Positions 12,401 through 20,052 of a stretch of DNA of 64,000 bases are shown one piece after another. Below the pieces are notes generated by a model. That model was given only the letters and a program-made list of their open reading frames with translations. It was not told the DNA's origin and searched no databases. Within the stretch, counting starts at the first letter, position 1. The number at the start of each line of letters is the position of its first letter. A program made the position numbers and the translations under genes. Source of the DNA: a virus; the IMG/VR virus record IMGVR_UViG_3300029787_000005, positions 64,319 to 128,318 of that record. One strand, given 5' to 3'.

Positions 12401-15400
12401 TTCTGGAGTACTTACTGAGTATGGTGCTACGTGGAGTAAAACATATACAAAAGACTGGATTAAAAATTACGTTAAAGTATATGTTGGCGACTACACTAAA
12501 GTATATGAAAAAGATTATTCTGCAGACTATGTTAAGGCATACGTTGGTGTATATAATAAAGACTGGGAAAAGGTATACGTTAAAGAATATGCAGCAGACT
12601 ACACTAAAGTATATGCTAAGGATTGGGAAAAGACATATACTAAAGCATACGAAGGCTCATTTGATGCAACTTATACTAAGACATATACCAAGATATGGGA
12701 AGGTAATTATACCAAAACATATACTAAAAACTATGATAAAGTTTACACAAAAGTATGGGCCAAAGACTTCAGCACAGTATATCAAGGTGAGTATACAAAA
12801 GTATGGTCTAAAGGATATGCAAGAGATTTTGAAGCAGCATTCAATGGTGGCGGTACAGACTATCTAAGAATCTTCTCAAAAGATTACGCCAAAGGATATG
12901 AGGTTGTATACACCGGTGACTACACTAAAGTGTGGTCTACAGACTTCAGCGCTGACTATACTAAATCTTGGGAAAAGGCATACGATAAAGAGTATGTTGG
13001 AGCATACACTAAAGATTATAATAAAGACTATGCAAAGGCTTGGGTTGGAGTATATAATAAAGATTGGGTCAAGGCTTATTCCAAAGATTATACTAAAGTG
13101 TGGACTGGGAACTATCTTAAAGACTATGCTAAGGTATGGGCAAAAGCATATGAAGGATCTTTTGATGGTACTTGGACTAAGGTTTGGACTAAAACATACA
13201 CTAAGATCTGGCAAGGTGCATACGAGAAAGATTATCTCAAAGCATACCAGAAAGTATACAACAAACAATATGATGCAAGTTATACTGAAGCATACCAGAA
13301 AGCATACACTGGACAATTGTATTGGATTGATGAAGACGTAGCATCTTATACTGGAGCTGCTGGAAATTTCACATCTGCTCGAGCATATGGAGATGGTGAA
13401 GTTAGCTTTATCAAAGACTTTAACAAAGAATATGTTTCTGGATTTACTGGCCAGACAGCTTACACTGCAGGAGTACCAGGATCAAGAGGTGAGCTTGGAT
13501 CATTCTCACAAGCAGAGAACTATGATGTTGATTATACTAAACTATATGCATCTCCATATACTAAAGCATACGATAAGATATATGCTAAGGCTTGGGATTC
13601 ATCTGCTGCTAACTATACAGTTAACTGGGAGAAGGCTTGGGTAGAAGATTGGGCTTCAAACTGGGCTGGATCTTTCCATGGTGGTCAGCAAGATGCAATG
13701 ACACCAACAAACTTTATGAAGACTTATCTTCCAGACTCTGGTGTTGCTCTATATGCAAAAGAATATACAAATACAAGATTTGGTCGTACATATGGTGGAT
13801 ATGAATCTGCTGGATTCATTACATCAGTTGGATCATATGCAAAAGCATACACCAAAACATATACTAAGATATGGACTAAATCATATACCAAGGCTTGGGA
13901 AAAAACATATACTAAAGTATACGAGAAAGATTACAACAAAGCATACGATGGTGCTGCATTTGCTAAAGAATGGACTAAGACATATACCAAAACATATGAT
14001 GGTACAATATATGGTGGCGTATATGAAAAAACATATCAAAAAGCATATGACAAAGTATGGCAAGGAAGTTATGTTGATGAGTGGGGTGGAGCATATGATA
14101 AAGAATATGAAGCAGATTATCTTGCAACATATGTTAAGACATACATTGGTATCTATACCAAGACATACGAGAGTGCAGACGATGCATATGTAGGACCTAC
14201 TTATGATGGTGCAACATATACTAAGAGTTGGGAAAAAGCATACTCTGTTGATTACTCAACTGATTGGGAAAAAGCATACACCAAGTCATACGACAAAGAC
14301 TATGAAAAAGCATACGAAGCTGCTTATACAAAAGCATGGTCCAAAGACTATAATAAAGATTATGAAAAAGACTACGAAGGAACTTTCTCTAAGAGTTATG
14401 TTAAGAACTACGATCGTGTATATGTTGGTGATTATACTAAGACTTACGATAAAGATTATTCCAAAGACTATGCTAAGGTATGGAACAGCTCTGCTGCAAC
14501 ATATACAAAAGTATATACTAAGAGTTATGACAAAACATACTCAAGTGATTGGACTAAGTCATATGAGAAGGATTATGTAAAAGATTACACTGGTGCATTT
14601 ACCAAAGCGTATACTAAAACATATACAAAAGATTACTCAGCTGATTACGCTAAAGAATGGACAAAAGCATATACCAAAACATATGATAAAGATTACACTA
14701 AAGCGTATACAAAAATCTATACAAAAGATTATGTCAAAAACTACGATGCAGATTATGTTGGATCATACACTGCAACATTCTCAAGATCATACGATGCAGA
14801 ATACGAAGGATCATATGATAAAGAGTATGAAAAAGCATGGACAAAAATATGGACTAAGGGTTTTGGTTCTACTACATACATTGGTGACTACTCAGCAACA
14901 TATCTTGCTGACTTTACAAAACAATATCAAAAAGACTTTGGTAGCTCATACAGTAGAGACTATAATGCTGAATATGAAGCATCATATACAGGAACATATG
15001 TTGCAACATATGTCAAGACATACTCAAAAGATTGGGTCAAGGCATATGAAGCAGACTACAACAAAGACTATACAGCAGATTATGCTACAACATGGATAAA
15101 AGAATATCTTGGTAACTATAGCAGACCTGGTGGTGTGTATGGTGCATTCCTCAAAGAATACACAGATACATTTGTTAGAGTATACAACACCAAAGGTTCA
15201 TTCATTGGTACATATCTCAAAACATATACCAAGAACTATGATCAATTGTATCAAGGTGTTTATACAAAAGCATATCAAAAGGCATATGAAGGTACATTTA
15301 ACCAAGACTATCTAGTAATATACAACAAAGATTATGCTAAGGCATATGTTGGACCAGTCTTCTACGGTGGTTTTGCTTCTGGCTCACAGACAACAACATA

Positions 15401-15944
15401 CAACAAAGCATATACTAAAGGTTATGAGAAGAACTGGATTAAGACTTACACAGGTATCTTCACTAAAGATTATGAGAAGGCATACACTGGTGACTATACT
15501 AAGTCTTGGACAAAAGACTATGTTAAGACATTTGAAGATACAGCATATTCAAGAGAAGTAAACATTGCATATCTTGGATTTGCAGAGACAACTGGTGTAG
15601 CTGGTTCTGGTGGAGCTGGTTGGAACATTGGTGAAGAAGGTACTACTGAAGCTGATCACAGTCATATGTTATTCCTACCACAAGAAGGTAATCTAATCAA
15701 TGGTGGTAGTCGTGGTGTTCCTGATTGGGAATATGGTAACTCAAGAGCCATTGGTGGTAAAGGTGGAGACTTAGGTAATGTTGGTACCGGTGGTGGTGAA
15801 AGGTTCCTAAGAAAATCAAGACTTGGAAGATCTGGTGATGGTGGTAAACCTGGTGCAGCCATTAAAGGTTATGACTCTGATTATGTTAACATGATCTACC
15901 AGGGTAATATATTAGGTGACCCCAACTACATGTTCCAAGGTTAA
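6465..15944 (+). CDS. Giant Tyr/Trp-x-Lys-x repeat protein (3159 aa) with internal LamG/concanavalin-like domain and glycine-rich adhesin-like core; putative virion fibre/appendage
   Basis: Long 4-residue-period tracts (YTKI-WEKD-YVKA); LamG-like segment about 8955-9600 (DFTIEFW, FNHVAIVR, GFIDDLRI); Gly-rich segments about 12170-12335 and 15594-15870; located among tail-fibre genes. Confidence 0.75.
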   Translation: MSYSNRLYAKEYAGGDRTFEVSYTGTGTRTPYIVYTNAFHGFYNGFEGVYTNSRTSTLAWQTNFAGAYTASYEGFVNYNSDDTDTYSKAYTSLKNFTGQLGYRKDYSATGNQPDNIWSTMNILANYSGTYSTDIAYSRVVGYVGDGNYDGAAYTATWVGELAYTPTYSGFVGFASYTKTYEGSTTYTKTYTKTYVGNTIYQAEWQRDYLKAYGGTATYTKAYTVDVNYDKDYSAGAWVGADSFVVYSKDYGGAITYLDSTGAGFTGFVNYTKGYQATQFYTKTYVGTVDYNKNYVGAADYTKAYTGRASYMAEENFNKNYTKAYTTVADFTRVWSGGLSYLGNVNYDGLTYTGTYAGDTNYQTLVYYVGTSDYVGTYEGLADNSYLGSAFVGVYEKDYIGNYFRIYTKIWQKDYVTDYNKNYVKTYTKRYEKLYVGDYVAAYRTSYHKDYDKVYSKIWTKAYEVPYTKIYSKDWEKTYTKIYTKVWTKDYLEDYGKAWLGIYNKDYIKLYNKVYSKDWVKDYGKAYVGPVYYGGFASGSQTTAYNKVWQKAYTADYTKDWEKAYVKSYEGSFDATYTKNWLTDYAADYSKDWVKAYAKDYDKVWNATYEKDYGADYTKIWTKNYDESWAKEWEKDYGKTYTKIWTKIWQKDYVTDYEKDYGKTYTTDYLKDYVATYNKDYVANYDQIYLKNWSKDYAEDYTKIWEKAYDAAYTKIWVGTYEKNWVKAYEKNYVKAYIKAYGKTWEKDYVTDYDKVYTKAYNKGYVKAYTAAYTKIWNRDWVKAYAKVWLGEYTKIWDRNWEKDYSKAYEKAWVGVYSKDYVTSYHVPYDNFDTTVLLLNAEIPNATDGDVEFIDASDQGNHVTTVHGSAAKSTDQKKFGSAAIEVPSSGSSGLTINFADDDFNFQNEDFTIEFWLRAPGTNNATILEAYDHSDNSVKWAIRGNDASSPSEIIFYEGTTARVTADDNSPWSSDTFNHVAIVRISNAIKVYINGTADAATYTSAANLTGATRLVIGNRRQLDASVGGFIDDLRIDKTNGKYTGNFNVTDNETAQEQINSADWTSFQKAYVKTYSADYTKIWAKDYDKTYEGVFDASYEKAYDKVYTKVWEKDYVTDYTKVWNKNWEKAYDKVYTKAWVGAYTKIYVGPVYYGGFASGSQTTNYTKVWEGSFDADYTKIWNKDYEKAYDKIYTKNWVKAYDKTYTKDWVKAYAKTWTGVYTKIWTKDYDKVYTKIWNKDYVKDYVNVWVGEWVKNWVKDYEGSFDATYNKVWVKAYSKDYDKVYEGSFDATYEKAYSKDYDKVYETDWNKEYVETYEKDYTKIWTKNWVKNYDTEYEKQYDKDWVKAYEKDYVAAYDKNWDAVYNKDWVKAYDKVYTKLWAKDYEAAYTKIWDRAWVKSYDKNWVKTYTKDWNKVYVKTYTKNWVKNYETDYSTDYGKTYTKAYEAHYTRDFLKLWQGEYTKNYDKDYLKDYVKTYTKNWVKDYETDYTQEYQGTYTKAYEGIFATFIKYYLGAKNWEGNINYTKNYTGLRYYGKAWGTEYAKTWTGNYTHAYEKDYVKNYDADYTKDWTATYTKAYVKNYDKVYTKVWAKDWTKAYVDGSGDTYTKVWSADYAADYTKAWNKDYEKAYDKVWNKVYTKSWEKGYVKNYDKEYVANYTGSYGGAAAYLKAYAGTTDYSGPVNYTKTWEGPYIASFAPSYTGDSDFTQRYTGALTRNVPYEGTTSFVGPSGGQLDSNLAGQPKLHIMQDNTWKNVKQLFVHASGQWKKVKYLNTKQGDTWKLAYIGYDTTDIFLDEGEVLTSDSDAGSARGHDLHMGKITYYVNDFNLKSYLEAKGKTPDTVPQLVNIFVGVKDDYTKNFVFGSTANNIPAVNLNMDSVTANVSGDTQAEIKHLVRIVNYTTGFIVGKGGDGGDANGSTRGLGSHGSDGGHAIESGANVHLFVENYGTIGGGGGGGGASGISDPYSKESGVYTTTYLGDTYHGSGVLTEYGATWSKTYTKDWIKNYVKVYVGDYTKVYEKDYSADYVKAYVGVYNKDWEKVYVKEYAADYTKVYAKDWEKTYTKAYEGSFDATYTKTYTKIWEGNYTKTYTKNYDKVYTKVWAKDFSTVYQGEYTKVWSKGYARDFEAAFNGGGTDYLRIFSKDYAKGYEVVYTGDYTKVWSTDFSADYTKSWEKAYDKEYVGAYTKDYNKDYAKAWVGVYNKDWVKAYSKDYTKVWTGNYLKDYAKVWAKAYEGSFDGTWTKVWTKTYTKIWQGAYEKDYLKAYQKVYNKQYDASYTEAYQKAYTGQLYWIDEDVASYTGAAGNFTSARAYGDGEVSFIKDFNKEYVSGFTGQTAYTAGVPGSRGELGSFSQAENYDVDYTKLYASPYTKAYDKIYAKAWDSSAANYTVNWEKAWVEDWASNWAGSFHGGQQDAMTPTNFMKTYLPDSGVALYAKEYTNTRFGRTYGGYESAGFITSVGSYAKAYTKTYTKIWTKSYTKAWEKTYTKVYEKDYNKAYDGAAFAKEWTKTYTKTYDGTIYGGVYEKTYQKAYDKVWQGSYVDEWGGAYDKEYEADYLATYVKTYIGIYTKTYESADDAYVGPTYDGATYTKSWEKAYSVDYSTDWEKAYTKSYDKDYEKAYEAAYTKAWSKDYNKDYEKDYEGTFSKSYVKNYDRVYVGDYTKTYDKDYSKDYAKVWNSSAATYTKVYTKSYDKTYSSDWTKSYEKDYVKDYTGAFTKAYTKTYTKDYSADYAKEWTKAYTKTYDKDYTKAYTKIYTKDYVKNYDADYVGSYTATFSRSYDAEYEGSYDKEYEKAWTKIWTKGFGSTTYIGDYSATYLADFTKQYQKDFGSSYSRDYNAEYEASYTGTYVATYVKTYSKDWVKAYEADYNKDYTADYATTWIKEYLGNYSRPGGVYGAFLKEYTDTFVRVYNTKGSFIGTYLKTYTKNYDQLYQGVYTKAYQKAYEGTFNQDYLVIYNKDYAKAYVGPVFYGGFASGSQTTTYNKAYTKGYEKNWIKTYTGIFTKDYEKAYTGDYTKSWTKDYVKTFEDTAYSREVNIAYLGFAETTGVAGSGGAGWNIGEEGTTEADHSHMLFLPQEGNLINGGSRGVPDWEYGNSRAIGGKGGDLGNVGTGGGERFLRKSRLGRSGDGGKPGAAIKGYDSDYVNMIYQGNILGDPNYMFQG
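7632..15575 (+). repeat. Degenerate 12-bp-period coding repeat ([YW]-x-K-x)n in several blocks
   Basis: Recurring units such as tatactaagata, tgggaaaaagat, tatgttaaagca; interrupted by the LamG domain and the Gly-rich core. Confidence 0.9.
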
Positions 15945-15950
15945 GGTGTC

Positions 15951-18900
15951 ATGGGACGGCCCCTTAAAATTAAAACCTCTGGAGGTGGAACATGGATAGC
16001 TCTACAAGAGATACCAGATACAGAATTAACCCACATAGTCCATCAAGTTCTTACAGAGTTTGCATCTAGTACTTCTGGTACTGGAACACTTTCTGTTGGA
16101 ACAGATACTGGAACAAGTATTGGTACATTTACAGATACCAATTCATCAACAAGTTCCACAACTACTGTTTATCAAAATTTAACGTCCGTGTCAGAATCAA
16201 GTATGGTCCGCCCCGTGGAGTTCGGTTCAACTATTCAAGAGGCATCTGATGCAAACATTAATTCGTTCATCATTAGCACTGCTCTTTCTAATCTTGTGTC
16301 TAACGGAATTGGGTCTTATGTCCTGTCAACAACAAATCCTGACTCAGATAGATACACTGCTATAACACCAGCGCTAACTGATAACACAACGAGTACTTCT
16401 ACAAGTTATAATTTATACAGAAAAACATCTGTTGCAACTGCACCAGCTCAAGTAATACCATTAAAGGTTACTGGTAGTACAGTTAAACAGATGACTAATA
16501 CAGAGATCAAAACTCTCACAGCAAGAGTAAGAAATAGAATCATTGACACAGGAATTGGTAAGTATGCTATTCAAGCAGCTGCACCATCTACTGGTACATG
16601 GGTTGATCAAGGAACAATACTTGATACAAAGATCATTGATTCTGATAGCGATTCCTATTCAAGGACTTACTTAAAAACATACACTAAAGCATTTGCAAAG
16701 AATTATCTCAAGACATACACTGGAACATTTGTTGGACAGTATGTTGGTACATATGAGAAAGATTATCAAAAAGCATATACCAGTGCAATAAACTATGAGA
16801 AGATATACACTACAGTTTGGACTAAGTCATATAGTAAAGACTTTATTGGTGTGTATCAAGGTGTAGTCAACTTCAATAGAACATTTGAAGGTGACTTTGC
16901 AAAAGATTGGATCAAGTCTTACAGTAAAGCATACACTGGCTTTATACTATATGCAAAAGATTATGATCAAACATTCACAGGAAACTTTCATAAAGACTAT
17001 CTCAAGGGATATGTTGGTGAGAGAAACTATCTAGCAGAGTATGCAAGAGATTGGAACAAAACATACACCAAGTTATATACTGGTGAATATCAAAAGACAG
17101 AAAACTTTGAAGTTAATTATGAAGGTGAAAGAGTTGTAAACTACAATGCAACCTTTGCTGCTTTCTACGAAGGTGAGATAACTTCAGCTGCAACATATGT
17201 CAAAGCATATGTAAAAGATTTTGGAAATGATTATGCTGCTTCATTCTCAGCTGCTGCAAACTATTCTGGTACATTCAACAGAACATACACGAAAGATTAT
17301 GGTAGAGCATGGACTGTTGAGTTTTCAGGTCCTGGTGTATTCCAATCTGAATGGACTAAAAACTATACAGTAAACTATCAAAAGGCTTATGCAAAGCTCT
17401 GGACAAAAGATTGGGTAAAGCAATATATTGTTCAGTATGAAAAGTTATATGAAAAGAGTTGGTTGGAAGATTGGGTCAAGGCTTACGAGAAAGACTATGA
17501 AGCAGCATATGATAAAGATTGGATTAAAAACTGGGTCAAATCATATTCAAAAGATTGGAATAAAGATTATTCTGCTGACTATCTAAAAGACTATGGTAAG
17601 ACATATACTACTGATTACAACAAAGATTATATCACCAACTACGAGAAAACATATGTGAAGGCATACGTTGGTGTATACAATAAAGACTATATCAAAGCAT
17701 ACGAGAAAGATTGGGTTACAGACTATACTCACAATTGGGTCAAAGCATATCTAAAGGTATGGAACAAAGACTATGTCAAAGGTTATGAGATTGCATGGAA
17801 CAAAGTATGGTTAGGTATCTATACTAAAGACTGGTCAAAAGACTATGAAAAAATATATGTAAAGAATTGGGTAAAATCATATGATGCGGACTACGCAAAA
17901 CAATGGCTTGGTGAGTATGAAAAAAATTATGTCAAGTCTTATGACAAAGATTATGTTAAGGCATACGATCGCATCTGGTCACAAACGTACACAAAAATCT
18001 ACGATGCAGCATACACAAAGATCTGGGCCAAGGACTGGGAAAAAGATTACGTAAAGATATATCAAAAGAACTACGTTAAAACATATAGTGCTGCATATGA
18101 AGGATCGTTTGATGAAAACTATAACAAAGATTATGTAGCTGCATATACAAAGATATGGAACAAGACTTATACTAAGATCTGGCAGAAAGACTATGTCACA
18201 GATTACACAAAGACATACACAACAGATTATAATAAAGACTATACAAAAATTTATGCTAAGGCTTGGGTTGGTGCATATACAAAAATATATGTTGGGCCTG
18301 TGTACTACGGTGGTTTTGCATCTGGATCTCAAACTACAAACTACACAAAAGTTTGGGAAGGTAGCTTTGGTGCCAACTATACAAAGGTATGGGTAAAGAC
18401 ATATACCAAAGATTGGAACAAAGCATATACCAAGAACTGGATAAAAAACTATGATGCTGATTATGTAAAAGCATATGATAAGATATACGAAAAGGCTTGG
18501 GTCAAGACTTATACTAAAGCATATGTTGGTGTTTACAATAAGGATTGGAACAAAGATTACGTTAAGGATTATTCCAAAAATTGGGTTAAAGCATATACTA
18601 AGAATTACGATAAAGTATATAACAAAGATTGGTCTAAAGATTGGAACGTTGATTACGTTGCAGTGTATCTAAAGAATTGGGTTAAGACATACGACAAAGA
18701 TTATGTTAAAGCATATGAAGGTGCCTTTGATGCAACCTACACAAAGATATGGAATAAAGATTATCTAAAAGACTATGCTAAGTTGTGGGCTAAGGATTAT
18801 GATAAAGAGTATGAAGGATCTTTTGATGCTGCATATGTTAAACAATATGCAAAGAACTGGGTAAAGGCTTATGAGGCTAGTTACGAGAAAGACTACGAAG

Positions 18901-20042
18901 CAGCATATACAAAGAACTGGGTTACACAATACGAGAAGAACTATGTCAAATCATACGAAGGATCATTTGATGCTGACTGGGTAAAGGCTTATACAAAAAA
19001 TTGGGTTAAGACATATACAACTGATTGGAACAAAACTTATACCAAGACTTATACTAAGTTGTGGACCAAGACATATACAACTGAGTATGAAAAGGACTAT
19101 GTTAAAAATTATGTTGCAAGATATCTTACAAACTGGGTAAAGACTTATGAAAAAGCATACGAGAAGTCCTACGCAAAAACTTATGAAAGAATATGGACAA
19201 AAATTTGGGAGAAAGCATATACTCGCAACTACTCCGCCACATACCTCAAAGACTATACCAAGGTATGGTCACGGGATTATGAAGGCAATTATACTGGTTT
19301 CATCAATTACACTGGACAATTTATTTCAAACTACCTCAAAGACTACGTTGGACAAGTAACAAAAACATTTTCTGGCTTTATTAATTACAATAAACTGTTT
19401 ACTAAGAGCTGGGGTCGGATGTATAATAAAGAATATGTCAACGAATGGGCTAAGGTTCAAAACTTCCAAAAAGACTTTGAAAAAGATTTTGCTAAAGAAT
19501 ACGTAGGTGTGTATACTAAAACATACTCATCTATTCATACGTATGAAGGAACAAGAACTGTAGACTATCAGAAAACATATACAGCAGATTATACAAAAGA
19601 GTATGCAGCAGACATAACCTATGTCAAGACTTATACAGCTACACGCTCTCAAGGATTTGAAGGAGCATATGAAAAAACATATAGTAGTGAGACAGACTAT
19701 GAAAAAGACTACGATAAAGAATATGAAGCTGTATATAATAGTAACTTTGGTAGCATTAACTTTTCTGCTACACTCAATTTTGAAAAGGCTTGGACTAAGA
19801 ACTTTGCAAAATTTTATGATGCAGAATATGCGAAGAACTACGAAGGATATATAGACTACACACAAGACTACAATAAGGCTTATGAAGGAACTTTCACAGG
19901 ATACTTTGAGACAGACTTCATAAAAACTTATTCAATAGATTATTCAAACGACTATATTAAGAGCTATATAAATACATATGTAGATACAACCAACTATGTG
20001 GGAACCGCATCTACACTTAAATTATGGGTGAGGGTTGCTTAA
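15951..20042 (+). CDS. Second Tyr/Trp-x-Lys-x repeat protein (1363 aa); small N-terminal domain followed by a mirror-symmetric repeat region
   Basis: Residues 1-235 are non-repetitive and Ser/Thr-rich; residues 236-1349 have an aromatic nearly every 4th position; central GPVYYGGFASGSQTT; ends in LKLWVRVA. Confidence 0.75.
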   Translation: MGRPLKIKTSGGGTWIALQEIPDTELTHIVHQVLTEFASSTSGTGTLSVGTDTGTSIGTFTDTNSSTSSTTTVYQNLTSVSESSMVRPVEFGSTIQEASDANINSFIISTALSNLVSNGIGSYVLSTTNPDSDRYTAITPALTDNTTSTSTSYNLYRKTSVATAPAQVIPLKVTGSTVKQMTNTEIKTLTARVRNRIIDTGIGKYAIQAAAPSTGTWVDQGTILDTKIIDSDSDSYSRTYLKTYTKAFAKNYLKTYTGTFVGQYVGTYEKDYQKAYTSAINYEKIYTTVWTKSYSKDFIGVYQGVVNFNRTFEGDFAKDWIKSYSKAYTGFILYAKDYDQTFTGNFHKDYLKGYVGERNYLAEYARDWNKTYTKLYTGEYQKTENFEVNYEGERVVNYNATFAAFYEGEITSAATYVKAYVKDFGNDYAASFSAAANYSGTFNRTYTKDYGRAWTVEFSGPGVFQSEWTKNYTVNYQKAYAKLWTKDWVKQYIVQYEKLYEKSWLEDWVKAYEKDYEAAYDKDWIKNWVKSYSKDWNKDYSADYLKDYGKTYTTDYNKDYITNYEKTYVKAYVGVYNKDYIKAYEKDWVTDYTHNWVKAYLKVWNKDYVKGYEIAWNKVWLGIYTKDWSKDYEKIYVKNWVKSYDADYAKQWLGEYEKNYVKSYDKDYVKAYDRIWSQTYTKIYDAAYTKIWAKDWEKDYVKIYQKNYVKTYSAAYEGSFDENYNKDYVAAYTKIWNKTYTKIWQKDYVTDYTKTYTTDYNKDYTKIYAKAWVGAYTKIYVGPVYYGGFASGSQTTNYTKVWEGSFGANYTKVWVKTYTKDWNKAYTKNWIKNYDADYVKAYDKIYEKAWVKTYTKAYVGVYNKDWNKDYVKDYSKNWVKAYTKNYDKVYNKDWSKDWNVDYVAVYLKNWVKTYDKDYVKAYEGAFDATYTKIWNKDYLKDYAKLWAKDYDKEYEGSFDAAYVKQYAKNWVKAYEASYEKDYEAAYTKNWVTQYEKNYVKSYEGSFDADWVKAYTKNWVKTYTTDWNKTYTKTYTKLWTKTYTTEYEKDYVKNYVARYLTNWVKTYEKAYEKSYAKTYERIWTKIWEKAYTRNYSATYLKDYTKVWSRDYEGNYTGFINYTGQFISNYLKDYVGQVTKTFSGFINYNKLFTKSWGRMYNKEYVNEWAKVQNFQKDFEKDFAKEYVGVYTKTYSSIHTYEGTRTVDYQKTYTADYTKEYAADITYVKTYTATRSQGFEGAYEKTYSSETDYEKDYDKEYEAVYNSNFGSINFSATLNFEKAWTKNFAKFYDAEYAKNYEGYIDYTQDYNKAYEGTFTGYFETDFIKTYSIDYSNDYIKSYINTYVDTTNYVGTASTLKLWVRVA
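16656..19997 (+). repeat. Tetrapeptide-period coding repeat with 26-residue super-period on both flanks
   Basis: Aromatic spacing 4,4,4,4,4,6 repeated on both outer arms; uninterrupted 4-period from F464 to Y780 and from Y798 to Y1114. Confidence 0.9.
19967..19974 (+). promoter_or_regulatory. T4-type late promoter TATAAATA
   Basis: Exact consensus about 80 nt upstream of the 20053 start. Confidence 0.6.
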
Positions 20043-20052
20043 GGAGTATATA

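Noticed and set aside
9861-18368. Diversity-generating retroelement template/variable repeat pair
   Set aside because: Differences between the copies are synonymous and not adenine-specific; no reverse transcriptase in the window
6499-19865. Dozens of 60-190 aa Met/Ile/Lys/His-rich ORFs in alternative frames and on the minus strand of the repeat genes
   Set aside because: Shadows of the TAT/TGG-NNN-AAA/AAG codon periodicity, which creates many ATGs and few stops; no RBS or independent features
16656-19997. DNA-level inverted repeat or assembly artefact explaining the mirror symmetry
   Set aside because: Both arms read as the same-sense YxKx pattern with different sequences; a DNA inversion would not preserve this frame and composition. 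Read-level validation is still advisable.
6465-20042. CRISPR array or non-coding tandem repeat
   Set aside because: No invariant direct repeat with unique spacers; variation is concentrated at third codon positions within long open frames
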